Shown here piece after piece: positions 1 to 13,122 of a stretch of 64,000 nucleotides of DNA; the stretch's first letter is position 1; every line of letters begins with the position of its first letter. Both the position numbers and the translations under genes were made by a program. Below the pieces are notes generated by a model, which searched no databases, was not told the DNA's origin, and saw nothing but the letters and a program-made list of their open reading frames with translations. The stretch is from Flectonema sp. DT1601 (Eukaryota): NCBI GenBank assembly GCA_964019425.1, contig OZ025791.1, positions 186,001 through 250,000 on the forward strand, given 5' to 3'.

Positions 1-3000
1 TAGTAGTAGTCCGATATTCATTAGAGATGGAAGTGCGTAATAAAGTGTTCCAAAGAGAAGTGAGAGCTCCTGTTGTTTTTTGTTTAGATTAGAATTGAGC
101 TGGTGATTTGAAATAGAAAGTACTTATCTTTTCTTAATAACATACGTTAGCTTTCTTAATCAATCTCAATATTCTCGCAATGCGAAGTATTCTAAAGACA
201 GCAAACCCGCTCTGATTCACTCCGAGACCTGCAAAAGAGAGCAACACGAGAACGAAATCAAATCGATTCCAACTATCAGAGAAATAAAACTTTGAGAGAG
301 CGACAATCTTTAGCAAAGCTTCTAATCCAAAGATTCCAGTGAAGACAAGATTCGCAACGTATTCGAAATCTCCCAAACTATCAGGTTGGTTGTAGTGACG
401 GACCGACATGACAATTACATTTGCACAGATGGCTACCATTATCCCTCTGTCGAACTGTTTGATTTAATTATTAACATTTTCTACTTATAAAGTATCAGAA
501 AGTGAACTAACAACTGCTACATACCCATTCATTCTGCACCATGTCAAAACAGTTCGCTCGGAATTGGCTCCCAGGGCGAGGAGGTCTATTTTTGTTATTT
601 AATTGTAAAAAGACAATCGAAGAGATAATTAAAAACTATTTCTATCGATGTACATACCTCGGCTCAAGTTGTATTTTTGAAAGTCCCTTCTGGGAACGAA
701 CCCACTCCTGCTGTGCTTGCGTTAGGAGTGCGCTACCTTCGAGTTCTTTTCGAAGAGTTGTGAATCGATCAATCAACAGACCGATAAACAAGTTCAACGC
801 AAAGAAATTACCAATAACCATAAAAGTTATGAAAAAGAGAGCGTTAGCAGGTGAGCTATTCTTACGAAACGTGACAGAGATGTCTGTTGCTCGAGCATCC
901 ACACCAAGCCAGAGGATGTCGGCCCAGGTTTCACCGAGTGACACTTGGAAAAGAGTTAAAAAGGATTCAGCAACATTATCAAAATGATATCTACTGTTAG
1001 TCCATTCTCTACTAAGTGTTTCATTTGGGTATAGGTAATCTCCCCAGATGTCACTGTCGTTTTCTTCAACATAAACACATCTATTATCAGACCACTCACA
1101 GAAATACATTGGACATGTCCCCGTTGTTCGTGCAATAGAACACCTGGGAATCTTATAAGTTCCAATACAGTCTGCTTTGAACTCAATTGAAGGATCAGAA
1201 CAAAAATAAAGTTTTCCCTTAAATAACTGCACTCCTAAGATTGAGAACACCAAGAAGACGAATGACGTGATGGCTAACACGTTACCGATCGCAGGAAGTG
1301 CGTGGAACAGTGCGCGAACTACCACTTTGATATTTGGAAAACGAATAATAAGACGAAGGGTTCGGAGAGATCTGAATAAAGCAAAGAAAGGAATAAATAA
1401 TCCCAAGATAGCTGTTATACAAACAGCGAAGTCAACTCTATTCCATGTGTTGCAGAGGTAAGGACAAAGTTCTTCATAATCATCAGCTGCGGAGTTGTCC
1501 TGATGAGCGTCTGTTTCGGGATCTAACTGCTCCTCTTGTTCTTCATCATTTGAGATATCATTTTCTAATGATTCACCGTACTGTTCTGATTCTTCATTTT
1601 GAGAGCTTCGAACTTCTGTTGTTTGTAACGTCTTGCGAGAAGTATCATCATCGAGTATTCTAGCAAGCGCTTCCTTTGATGGCATTGGTTGTTCTTCGTC
1701 TATTTCAGCACTACAACATCCTGTAAAAGGATCATCACCAACGAATCCATAAACAATTATCTTCATCGCAGCCTCAACTGTGAACAAAACAACAAACGCG
1801 ATATCACTCCCGTCTAAGAAGTCCCGAAACGCAGCCGGCTGATCTTTTGTCCATGGACCCTCTAACGATAATGTTATCGCATTGATCACAATAATAAATA
1901 CGATTATATAATCAAAGAACTGATGGCGGACTATTCTCGTTAAGAATATTCTAAAAGAGTTATCAGCAGCAAATATGTTGAGCGACTTACCTGGAAAGAC
2001 AGCGATGAGTTCCTCCTCGTCCACATGGCAGGTGTTGTCGAAATCAGCGAATGTTAAATTACAGATACTCGAAGATCTTTGAGAACGTTGTCTGGGAGAC
2101 ATCGTAGTGGGAGAGGACTGAGGAGGGTCTCGTTTTACTTTTGGAAACCTGGCACTTCTCAAGGTTTGAGAACCAACACGATGAGCAGTATTCCGAGAAG
2201 TGTCAATTGATCCTCCAGTTGAACTTTGTTGAAGTGCTGCTTTTATATTCAACTTAGTAATCGATCCGTGAGTTCTGCTTAGATCTGGTCTCTCTGAAAA
2301 AGAAGTCCCACTACTGAATCTACCTACAGGGTTTGAACGGTGTGATTCTAGACTGCTGTGTCTAATACTAGAACTTCTGTTTTTAAGATTTATTTTCGGA
2401 ACGGAGACGCTCGGTACACTTGCAGCGCGTCCCGAAAACGAACTTTTCAAACTCCGAAAACTACCACTGTTGTCACGGAAAGTATCAGGTCGGCTGTCAT
2501 CTAATCCCTGACTGTCCCATTTCATCATTTCTCTTCGGGCCATTTCGGAGGCAAATCGTTGTTTCGCTTTTTTCTTTTTCTTTTTTTCCTCACGGATCCG
2601 TTTCCGTTCTTCTTCTCTCGCCTTTCGCGCAGCTGTCTCGCGGTTGTGCATGTGAGCGAAGTTGTCGATCAGAATGGCGATAAACAGATTCATAAAAATA
2701 TAATTACCCAGAGAAAATAGTGAAATGAAGTAGAGGGCTGCTGAAGGATTCGTTTGTTGCATTGCTACATGCATAATAGATGCCCACTTTTCTCCTGTTA
2801 TTACTACGAAGACTGTTATTGCTGCTTGCCACAGTGATGAGAAGTTGTTACGCTCATCTTCTGGAAAGGATTCAGCAAACAACTGAACACCCAGAACAGT
2901 GTACACGAATATAAATAAAAGCATTATAAGAGAAAGGTATGCCGCTGATGACAGAGATCTCATGATAGTCGTCACAACTTGTTGAAGTGATTTATATCTT

Positions 3001-5846
3001 CGCAGCAGTCGAGTAACACGAAAAGCTCGCAGTGCTCTAAGTGCAGTGACTCCACCACTTCCCTCACTTGATGATGCCCACATAGTTACCATTTCAGGAA
3101 TACTGATTGCTACCAGGACGAAGTCAAACATATTCCAATAGTTACCAAAGTAACCTGAAATACTCAATCCTACGATCTTTAATATTACTTCAGTTAGAAA
3201 GAAACAGTTACAAACAAAAGACGTTATCTCAACGAACTCTAAAAGACCACTTGAGATACCATGATGATCAATACACATTACGATAATGTTAACACCGATA
3301 ATGAAAACAATTGTTCTATTGAACCATTTCCAGCCGACGAGCTTTCCAACTTTTCGATGTCTTCGTCTGTTCCAGGGAAGGTTTGAATTTGATAAAGTTG
3401 AGCTACTTCCGGATGAGGAATCATCATAATCATTATCTGAACAAACTTCTTCATTTTCTGACTCAACTGTTCTCTCACTCGATCCCTCGGTGGCCACATT
3501 CTCATCGATGTGCTCCTCACCAATCCGAACGGACTTTGCGGTCTGCAGTGGAGCGTCATCATCTTTCCATTCGTGTGAGGAGTTAATCCCATTCAGTCGC
3601 GGAACTAAAATCGGCGGTAAAACCTCTTTCGATGACGACGATCCCAATCCGAGAGTTTGCTGACTTTCAGTTCGACCTGCAGCTCCGTTAATCAGACCAG
3701 CTGACCGAACTTCATTTCTCAACATCTCTGTCAGAGCTTCTTTTGTTAAGAAATCATCAGTAGCTGATTGGGTACTTGGTGAATTAACATCATGTGTTCC
3801 AGTAGCGTGTGTTTTATATTCAATAATTACAGAGTCTTCATCATGAAGAGAAGGAACACCAGCTGATGATTCAAGAAAGTGAGTAGCAGGAATACGCTGC
3901 AGTCCTTGAGAAGGTGCTGATGGAGGAGTAAGACCCAACCTGCGGTTAGCACGACCTTCTCTCGCCTGGTACATCGAACGCTCTTGGGAGTCGTTTATCG
4001 CTGTGAATACGCCAACTAGTCGAGCGATGCATTCTTCCGGATTATCATCTGACGGAAGTCTCATCATCCCAGCACCGTAAACTGCTATCGCTAATCTCAT
4101 GAACGAAAAGTGAATTGTTGCAACGGAGACGCGAAACTTGTAAATTTGAAGCGAAGCGTTCTCAACTTCTCGCTGCTTGTCGTCGCGAATTTCTTGTGAA
4201 ATTGTAGCGAAGTCACCGCAAAGGATGGCAAGGACAAGATTCATTGTAAAGAATGAACCGAATAACGTAACCGCCAAGAAGTAAACAAAAGCCCATTGGC
4301 CAACAGCATCTGACGCAATCGACATGTCGTCAGGCCAGTCGTCCAGAGAGATGACCTTGAAGACGAGTAAGAATGCTGAAAGTGTGGTATCGAAATTAAG
4401 ATACGAAGACCGCTTCCAACCTCCAACTTGACAAAAAGAGTACTCAGTCATTGCGTCATTTATATTACAATGGCTTCCGAATTTAACAGTTGTACAAGCT
4501 CCAGTAAAATTAGCCAGAGTCCGTGGTTGACTTATCCATCCATCAAGAGATCTCATTTCACCAACAGCTGGAGTCAAGAGAGGAGCAGAACTCAAATTGC
4601 TGATCCAAGTGGCTGCCCCAACATCAACAGCTGATTGAAGTAATTCCTGTGGTCCACTTTGAATGACTTGAGGAACGTTAACATAACATCTCTGATGCCA
4701 AGTACCTTCCCAAATAAGAACACCAGTAATGGCGAACATAATCATAAAGAAGAAGAGAAGGATAACAACATTCCAAAGCGGTCCGAGGGATGACAAGAGA
4801 GCCTTCAAAAGGATTTGAAGACCCTCAACAGAGTGAAGCGCTTTGAGGGGTCGAAGTAAACGAAGGGAGCGGATGACGGAGATATTTGTAACGTCCGGGT
4901 GAAGACCTACCCAAGCTAGTAAAACGATGATAAAGTCGATTAGATTCCACCAGTTTGGAGTACCTCTCGTCACGGCACCTTCACGAACTCCCTCCATCAG
5001 ATACGAGTCGGTGTTCATTACAAATCCCATTGCTCCAATTTTAAGTATCGCCTCAACAGAAAACAATCCGAGAAATGTGTACTCCGCGTACTTTAGAAAG
5101 TCTTGAATGTCTTGGTTACTTTTTGTCGAAGGAATATCAATCGCCAGACAGATGGCATTTGCGAAGATGGCTGCAAGAACCGCGCGGTTAAACCACGGGG
5201 AGTCAACCATTACTATGAGACGTCTGCGAAAGTCACCAGTTGGATTTATTAATCCAATCGGAGATATTAAACTATTGTATTCTCCCATCTGAGGTCCGAA
5301 TGCGTATCTTGCGTACCAATACTTTATGTCTCTAAGACCAAGGTATTTATTACAACAGTTACCTTGTGATGTACAGTCATCTATAAAGAGTTGCGATATG
5401 TTAACTAACATTGTCTCTCCTTCAAGAGAAACGATTACAGGTCGCTCTCGATACATCCAGGCCTGCTCAGTAAGAGAATACTTTCTGGTACGTGATGAAT
5501 TATTTTTAATTGCGTTCGACAACTCTGGGTCAAGCGCCGCATAAGTTAGTTCTTTCTTATTAACTTCACCTCTTGACACTCTCCCAGTTGCAGATACTCG
5601 ACATAAGTATTTCTCAAATAGTGATACTTCTCCCTCGTTCTTTTCATTTTCAGAATCGTCTTGTGAGTCGCTTGATTTCTTCTTTTCGAAATCCCAATCA
5701 ATATCCGCATCGAATGCCCCCCCATGACTGCTCACATAACTCGAAGAAGTTGTGGATGCTGAGAGCGGTTCTGTCTCGCGATAACTCGCAGACGGCGTGT
5801 GTGACTGACCTTCACCAACAGTTAGGGCATCAAGATTGGGTTCCAT
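1..5846 (-). CDS. Four-domain voltage-gated Ca2+/Na+ channel alpha subunit; 3' end runs off the window. Exons 5846-658, 585-525, 454-146, 69-<1
   Basis: Repeated 6-TM domains with S4 motifs (IRSLRLLRPLKAL, LRALRAFRVTRLLRR, FRSLRTLRLI, FRILRIARILRLIK) and pore loops SLDDW, TGEKW, LGETW. GT-AG introns 586-657, 455-524 and 70-145 join the frames seamlessly (...EPR|PPRPG...NEW|FDRG...KAN|ELSLLFGTL). Confidence 0.93.
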
Positions 5847-6182
5847 TGAATACTGCTCTCCATGGTTTTTATAATATATTCAAATGATATTATCGTCACT
5901 GATTAATACCAGTGGGATGGGGAGATGCCGGAGGTCCTGTTTGGGGAATAAATAACTTTAATACATTCCAACCAGAGCAGTCTAAAGGCGTAGAATTATC
6001 CAACTGATTGTCAGGTACGATATCTGTATTGTGATGAAGAAATATAAAGTAACACCACAGGTATGGATTACAACAGAGGTTACCCGTCAAGCAGTAAATT
6101 GATACGTAAAACTGATTTATAATAAAAACTGAACTGGTTTCGACCTGACGTCAGGTGCAATATCTCATCTCCAAAACGATAA

Positions 6183-8338
6183 CTATAAGATGCTGTATTT
6201 CGCTCTCTTCCTACCGATGAAGACTCCGTCATCTGTCCATTGCTTCTTTGCTTTCCCCTTTTGTTCCCATCTTCTCTGAGCTGTGTGCTTCTGTTGCATA
6301 CTTTTCAGAACACCTGTTGTGGTTGTGGTTGTTATTAAAATAAATTAAATCTCTGCATCTCATGACAAAATAAAATATGCACACCCTTAATGTAAGGAGC
6401 CTTTTCACCAGTTCCCTTAGCGAGGTGAACGGTAGGGGCTGTATCTCCCAAGCAGAATGCTTTCCCAACTTCAGCTAATGGCAACTCCTTGGCGTTGAAA
6501 TGTTTCTTTAAAGTGTGCTGTTGGTAAGCCATAATGGTTGCCTTGTAGGCAGAGCGAGCGTTTTTCTCGAGGATGTTATCTTTCATTAGTAGTTGATGTA
6601 GTTTGTGGTGGTACTTCTCGACGGCTATCTTTTCAGGATTAACTTTATCAATAACAACACCATGATGACGAAGGAATGTTATGAATCCAATCTCTTTTGG
6701 GTAAAGCATTAAAATAGCATTTCCTGATCCTCCTCCTCTCGCAGTTCTACCAACTCTGTGAAGATATTCAGAAGGATCAGTTGGTGGATCATATTGAATA
6801 ATCCATTCAACTGATGGAATGTCAAGACCACGAGCTGCTACATCCGTTGCGAACAACGCCCCGTCAGGAGCCTGACAAAAATGATCGAACGTTGCTACTC
6901 GCTGTCTGTGTTTCATCTTTCCGTGTAACATCAAACACTGCATTCCTCCATCCATCATCGTATTCAACATCATTGTATGGAATTGTGCTGATGCACAAGA
7001 CGCGAAGAAGATTATAAACTTCTTAGCCCCGTCTTTCTGAAGATCTTTTAAAGTTCTGTAAAGATGAATCAACTTATCAGAGACTGGCACAACTACAGCT
7101 AATTGCTTGAGACGAGCTTGTCCAGGAATGGGGGCACGAGAATCTTCTTCTTTGTTGAGGTTTTCGATGTTGGAAGAGGCGCGAAGTGCTATGCCCTGGT
7201 CATCATCTCCAGACTCCTCCTCGCATTCCTCCTCCTCCTCGTTTTCTTCAACTTCTTCTTCCACGTCATCCAACTCCTCGATTTGACCTCCAACTTCAGT
7301 TCCTTCCTGATGGTGATAAGTCAAGTCAGTAATATGAAGAGGTAATGTTGAAAATGATAACCTCCCCAAGTCTGCCATTCCTCTCGCTAAAGTGGCACTG
7401 AAAAGAGCTGTTGTCCTGAATGAAGAGTCTGACAGCAGTCGAAGGATTGCGTCGACTTCTTTAACGTATCCTTCCATTAGTACTCTGTCAGCTTCATCAA
7501 TAATTAACCACTGAACCATCTTCTTCCACTTCCATCCTTTTGTGTGTCTCATGTGATCTAATAATCTACCAGGAGTGGCGACTACTATCGTAACTCCCTT
7601 TCTCAAGGCTCTCGCCTCAGCAGCTACTTTAGTTCCTCCCGTTATAAGTGCAGCAGTTACTGTCGTGTCGTCAATGTGACTGAGAAGACGGTTAGCGACT
7701 GTTTGAATTTGATGGCAGAGTTCCTTAGTTGGTCCGATTACAATTCCTTTAGTTGAGTTATTATTAACTTCTTCACATAATAAATTATTCAGCATGGGAA
7801 CTACAAATGCGAGTGTCTTTCCACTTCCAGTCTTAGCCTGTCCGAGGACGTCTCTGTTTGCTATCAACTCGGGTATACACCTCCGTTGGATTTCTGTCAT
7901 CGTTGTGAATCCGCACTTTGTGAGTGCAGCCAGAAGTCTTTTCTCGAGTTGAATACCGGCAAACTTTGTTTCCAAGTTAGGAGGAGGTATGTATCCTGTG
8001 TGAGTTGCTTCTTCCTCTCCAGCTAGACTCTCAATCTTTGGAACCTTACCAACCCACCAATTGGATCTCTCCCACCAGGGTTTCCTTTTACGGCGCTTGC
8101 CTTCTCCTTTTCCTTCGATATTCTTCGAAATCTGTTCCTCGTCATTCATCGCATTTCTCATTGAGACAGACATCTTACCGCTTGCTGCCATTTCTTCCAT
8201 CGACGGACCGATTCCCGGGGGTAATGTTTCCATTCCTTCTTCCTCTTCAGCATCTGATTCATTTCTATCCCCAGCGAGCTCTGCCTCAGCTTTCATAAGC
8301 TGCATGCGGAGCTTCTTTTTCCTTCCTTTCATACCCAT
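6183..8338 (-). CDS. HAS1: DEAD-box RNA helicase, HAS1/DDX18-like. Exons 8338-6385, 6313-6183
   Basis: Q motif, AKTGSGKT, PTKEL, TPGRLLDH, DEAD, SAT, ARGLD, HRVGRTAR. Intron 6314-6384 (GTGTGC...CAACAG) gives the C-terminus GVLKSMQQKH...KRAKYSIL*. Confidence 0.88.
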
Positions 8339-8555
8339 CTTGATTGATTAACTGAATAATTGAACAATTCACAGACAACAACTTCAAAGACTGAGTAGCA
8401 AGGCAGTCGAAATACGTAACTGCTGTCCGCATTGGGATCTTGATCTCGTGTCAGCGCTCAGGGTAATCGAAGGACAGATTAGGCGACATACCCGAGCTGA
8501 GGAGATGCTGACAACATGATTACAAAAAGTGAGCCGTCAGTTGATGTTTTTGATT

Positions 8556-9555
8556 TTATTTCTTGTCTTCAGGCTGCACAGCAGCTGCTTCACTTTCCTC
8601 ATCTTTCTTTGCTGCAGGTGGTTCTAAAAGGTAAGAAAAGTCCACCTCTTTCTTAATGTACGAATCTGATTTCTGATGACGACATGTGAAGGATCGTTTC
8701 TGTGTTATTATTATAATTTGATTGCAATAATTGAAAAAGAAAGAACTTCGATAGCGAGAAGCATCTAAACTGCGTTCCGCTTTTTCGTTGAGAAAAATAA
8801 ATTCAAACCTTCTTAATGTAACTTCTCTGTATAACTGCCCATTGATGAATATAAAAGTAAAGTAGATCATCGTACTGTCCACAGTAAGGAGGACTTCTAG
8901 CAACATGCATATCTCGTAGGAGGTAGTAGATTGCTTCGATAGTCGCGAGGAATCGGTCATCACCTGTGTTTTGAAACCTCCAAAAGAGAGTTCTATAATC
9001 ATTGAGCTTTACAGGAATGCCGAGAGACTTCACGCGATCATCTCTTGTTATTCCTTTTGCTTGTTGCCATGTTGAGTCTACAAATATCAAATGTTCGATG
9101 TTTTCAAGAATTCCTTCAGCTTGCAACTCATCAACAGTTTGAGCTCTCTCTGACGGGTACACTAATAATGATCTTGTCGGGTCTTTAATATTTGGTATCT
9201 CAGGATGTGTATACAACTGAACATCACTACTTAAAACAGCTGAATGAATACTTGTCGCTTTCCCTCTGTGTTCAGCGTGATGTAAAATCACGTGAACCTT
9301 TACTGGAAGTTTTACATCGCGTGGTTTAACTTTATTATGAAGAGGAACCACACAATCATAACAATAATATTGCTTACTCTTTGCACACTTTGGACACTCT
9401 TGTCTCTTTGAGACTTCTGTTTCTTGAAGTACTGAAAGTGGTTGTGTAAACTGCAATCCATCAATAAAAGACTTCACCATATCACCGCTGACAACGAAAT
9501 CATCTTCGTCGGTTTCTTCTTTTGGTCTTTTTATTGAGTTGCCTTGGTCAGTCAT
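8556..9555 (-). CDS. DTW-domain protein (DTWD1-like tRNA-uridine aminocarboxypropyltransferase). Exons 9555-8809, 8699-8556
   Basis: CPKC..YYCYDC zinc motif, HxxE, DSTW motif, FWRFQ, LATIEA. Intron 8700-8808 (GTTTGA...ACACAG) is in frame. Confidence 0.87.
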
Positions 9556-9973
9556 TTTATCTTGTTACCCTTTCGAGAAATATATTTTAAGATGTAGCTG
9601 CTGTCGATCCGTCCTCTGACTGTTATCTATGGCCGTATAGTTTTTTTAATTGCATCAAATCTGAATAAAAGAACGAACAAAATAAAACAAAACAACACTT
9701 GCGTATTGCACTAAAAATCGTTTATACTTACGAGACGACGTTGGCAAGTTGGTACATCGGAAAAAGCGTCATCGAAACGGAAAAAACGGTCTGCAGGACT
9801 GAGGCCGAGCAAGCTCACGGCACCGCCATGTAGGCGCGTCGATTACAACCATTTGGGAGACCTAACGAGAATAAAAGTTGGTGTACACACAGCGATAAAA
9901 GTAAAAAGGAGTTGGCACTGAGAAAATCCACGACTCAAATTAAAACATAATCAAAAAATACCTTTGCTACGGA

Positions 9974-10022
9974 CTCTTGCCAAGACATGTTGTGAGGTGT
10001 TGGAAGAATCTGATGTTTGAAA
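9974..10022 (-). pseudogene. Degenerate 5' stub of profilin (acceptor, 5'UTR and MSWQE codons)
   Basis: Matches the profilin 5' sequence TTCCAACACCTCACAACATGTCTTGGCAAGAGT, then diverges. ATG at 9988. Confidence 0.75.
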
Positions 10023-10597
10023 TAAACTGAATGTCGAAGAAAAGACATGAACCAAGTTTTCATTAAAACAGGGGTAGAGGAAGCTGGGAAGGGTTCCAAG
10101 GAAGACCTGTTACCTCTATTCAAGGTTGGGATTCCTTCTTCACTTTTTACGAATCTTTTTAACTTTTGTTACTCACGGCGACAAGGTTTTTGAAGCCAGT
10201 TGCCACGTCAACAACTTTTTAATTCTTTATGTTTCCACTCCAAACCCACTAATCGTAACGATAATCACATTCAAATAAAAGAAAGAAGGCCGTCAAGTAG
10301 TTTCCTTTTCAGGGAATGGCCAATTCATTTCGGATAAGTTAATTAGATGTGAGTTTGTAACACTGCGCACGGTTCTCTGTAATTCTGACCAACGGGGCTT
10401 TAGAAGATAATTGTCATCTCACAAGACCAGTCATCTCACGAGTATTTACTGGTGGTGATAAACTGCTTTTCTTATCGAAAGATGCAAAAGAAATGGTACA
10501 CAGTAATGGCTGTTTAATAAGTTCCAAAACTGTGACTACATGACGTGCGGTGCCTTAAAGGACACCAAGATGTGGTTACCAACTGACAGAAAGATAC

Positions 10598-11003
10598 TTA
10601 GATTGTAGTGGTAGTGTCATTGTTAGGATTCTGTATAACTATCAAAATGTAATCCTTATCAGGAGCAACCATAATCTCATGCTTCTTAGAACGGATTCGG
10701 AGGAACGTTAAGTCATTGGTAGGGTCGAGATCTCTGACACAATGACGAGCCTGTTTTAGATGTTCAAATTATTATTTATTTCCTTATTAAGTATTAGACT
10801 TTATATTTTAACAATAGAATAGAATGATTGTCTTGTGATCATACCTTTCCAGTGAGTGCGGTTATCAATTGAGCATATTGGTTCGACAAATTCGCATCTT
10901 CGATGGTTGTTTTAATTGGAGACCCGTCAGAGTTCACAATAAGTATTCCCAACACTCCTTTGTGTTGGTTGATGCGGTTGAATGTGTCTTCGATTTCAGA
11001 CAT
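10598..11003 (-). CDS. DYNLRB: Dynein light chain, roadblock/LC7 family (about 103 aa). Exons 11003-10845, 10750-10598. Absent from the ORF track
   Basis: Manual translation: [33 protein letters not shown]...[46 protein letters not shown]. Intron 10751-10844 is GTATG...AAACAG. Confidence 0.95.
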
Positions 11004-11115
11004 CTCTTGTGTGTGGAGGGAGTTTATACACCTGATAAAAATAAACCATAAAATACCGAAGTGACATCACACGAAACAAACACAAAGCTTGTTTACAACA
11101 TATTTAGTCCGCAGT

Positions 11116-11184
11116 TTATAGAAGGGCGGCATGCTGGACCTTTCCTCCGGCAACCAAGTTGTCTACATACTCTTGCCAAGACAT
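11116..11184 (-). pseudogene. Truncated profilin 5' fragment (MSWQEYVDNLVAGGKVQHAALL*)
   Basis: Near-identical to the first 22 profilin codons, followed by an abrupt stop. It lies one repeat unit (about 688 bp) from profilin copy A. Confidence 0.85.
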
Positions 11185-11406
11185 GTTGTGAGGTGTTGGA
11201 AGTTTTCGAAGAACCTGATGTTTGAAAAATCTCAAAAATAGACGGCTCAAAAACAAATTAACTTACCCAAAACACTGCGAAAGGCGAAGACGTTCTTCCC
11301 AGCTAAAGTAGAAAGACCCCAAAAGGCTAAAAGAAAATCCAACCAATGAGCAAACATGTTGGTAAAGAGAGGAAAAGAACCTTTAATAGGCTTCTGTATT
11401 TTCAGC

Positions 11407-11872
11407 CTAGTAGTTGACGGATACGAGGTAATCCTGTTTGTGATGTTTTAAGTGCGACGGAAGTATTAGCAACTCAACAATCAAAAGATGAAATCCTACA
11501 AATACAAACCTTTACTCCCTCAACAGCGATGTTGGCCTCACCCGGGGTCTGACCTTCTCCATAGATTCCAAGAACAAGGCACTGGGTAGACTTGGCGATG
11601 CAGATACCGGCAGCTCCCTTCTTTCCGTAGTAAAGACCTTCGTCTCCGATGTGTCTAAGGGTGAAGTACTTCACACCTCCACAGGTGCATCCGTTAGCCT
11701 GGAAGTAAGCACCACTGGCCTCTCCCATTCCTCCGGCAACTCCAGCGGCTTCCTCAGCGGTGATTGGGAATCCCGCAGTCTGGGCCCAGACGGACCCGTC
11801 AATTCCGAGAAGGGCGGCATGCTGGACCTTTCCTCCGGCAACCAAGTTGTCTACGTACTCTTGCCAAGACAT
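11407..11872 (-). CDS. Profilin, copy A (129 aa). Exons 11872-11510, 11433-11407
   Basis: MSWQEYVDNLV...GSVWAQ...GKKGAAG...QTPGEANIAVEGVK|DYLVSVNY*. Intron 11434-11509. Confidence 0.95.
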
Positions 11873-12093
11873 GTTGTGAGGTGTTGGAAGTTTTCGAAGA
11901 AGCTGATGTGTGAAAAATTTCAAAATAGACAGCACGAAAACAAATTAACTTACCCAAAACACTGCGAAAGGCGAAGACGTTCTTCCCAGCTAAAGTAGAA
12001 AGACCCCAAAAGGCTAAAAGAAAATCCAACCAATGAGCAAACATGTTGGTAAAGAGAGGAAAAGAACCTTTAATAGGCTTCTGTATTTTCAGC

Positions 12094-12559
12094 CTAGTAG
12101 TTGACGGATACGAGGTAATCCTGTTTGTGATGTTTTAAGTGCGACTGAAGTATTTGCAACTCAACAATCAAAAGATGAAATCCTACAAATACAAACCTTT
12201 ACTCCCTCAACAGCGATGTTGGCCTCACCCGGGGTCTGACCTTCTCCGTAGATTCCAAGAACAAGGCACTGGGTAGACTTGGCGATGCAGATACCGGCAG
12301 CTCCCTTCTTTCCGTAGTAGAGACCTTCGTCTCCGATGTGTCTAAGGGTGAAGTACTTCACACCTCCACAGGTGCATCCGTTAGCCTGGAAGTAAGCACC
12401 ACTGGCCTCTCCCATTCCTCCGGCAACTCCAGCGGCTTCCTCAGCGGTGATTGGGAATCCCGCAGTCTGGGCCCAGACGGACCCGTCAATTCCGAGAAGG
12501 GCGGCATGCTGGACCTTTCCTCCGGCAACCAAGTTGTCTACATACTCTTGCCAAGACAT
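12094..12559 (-). CDS. Profilin, copy B (129 aa). Exons 12559-12197, 12120-12094
   Basis: Same protein as copy A, with a 76-nt intron nearly identical to copy A. Confidence 0.95.
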
Positions 12560-12664
12560 GTTGTGAGGTGTTGGAAGTTTTCGAAGAAGCTGGTGAACAA
12601 AAGTAATGAAACAGAATATCGTAATCGAAGAACAGAAAGACTGATTGGAATCTACTCTGTCCAC

Positions 12665-12764
12665 GGATAGTTTGGGCACTGATAGACCCGTAAATATCGA
12701 GAAGGGCGGCTTGCTGAATCTTTCCTCTACCAACCGAGGAGTTAATGCACTCTTGCTAAGACAT
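12665..12764 (-). pseudogene. Decayed profilin 5' fragment (MS*QECINSSVGRGKIQQAALLDIYGSISAQT)
   Basis: Aligns to the first ~33 profilin codons, with TGG changed to TAG and many substitutions. Confidence 0.8.
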
Positions 12765-13122
12765 GTTGTGATAGAAATCTGAAGAACAAAAATTCCTCAC
12801 AGTTACAGCAACCAGTAGCGAGACTCATATCGTCATATTGGCTTCGGTAGCTGGGAAGTGTTGTTAAAATAAATGGGTCAGGTGGTGCTGAAGATGTCTC
12901 AGCGCACATTGCCAAGCGACACACTCGATGCCTACATCACGTAAATTGAGAACACAACGTTACCGCTGTGACACCCGCCGTACTAAATCACTAATTTGGT
13001 GTCGAAAGACCGCAGCCTACGCTGCAAAAGTAAAAAGTAAAAACCCAGCCCAATACGAGTGAACGTAGTGAGCAAAAGAGAGAAATAACTCCAATCCAAT
13101 CATATCAGTTTGGTAAGCTGTA

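Larger units (their letters stand above)
11120..12590. repeat. Recent tandem duplication, unit about 687 bp (profilin gene plus intergenic spacer), about 2.1 copies
   Basis: The spacer GAAGACGTTCTTCCCAGCTAAAGTAGAAAGACCCC... recurs at about 11285 and 11972. ATGs at 11184, 11872 and 12559. Confidence 0.9.
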
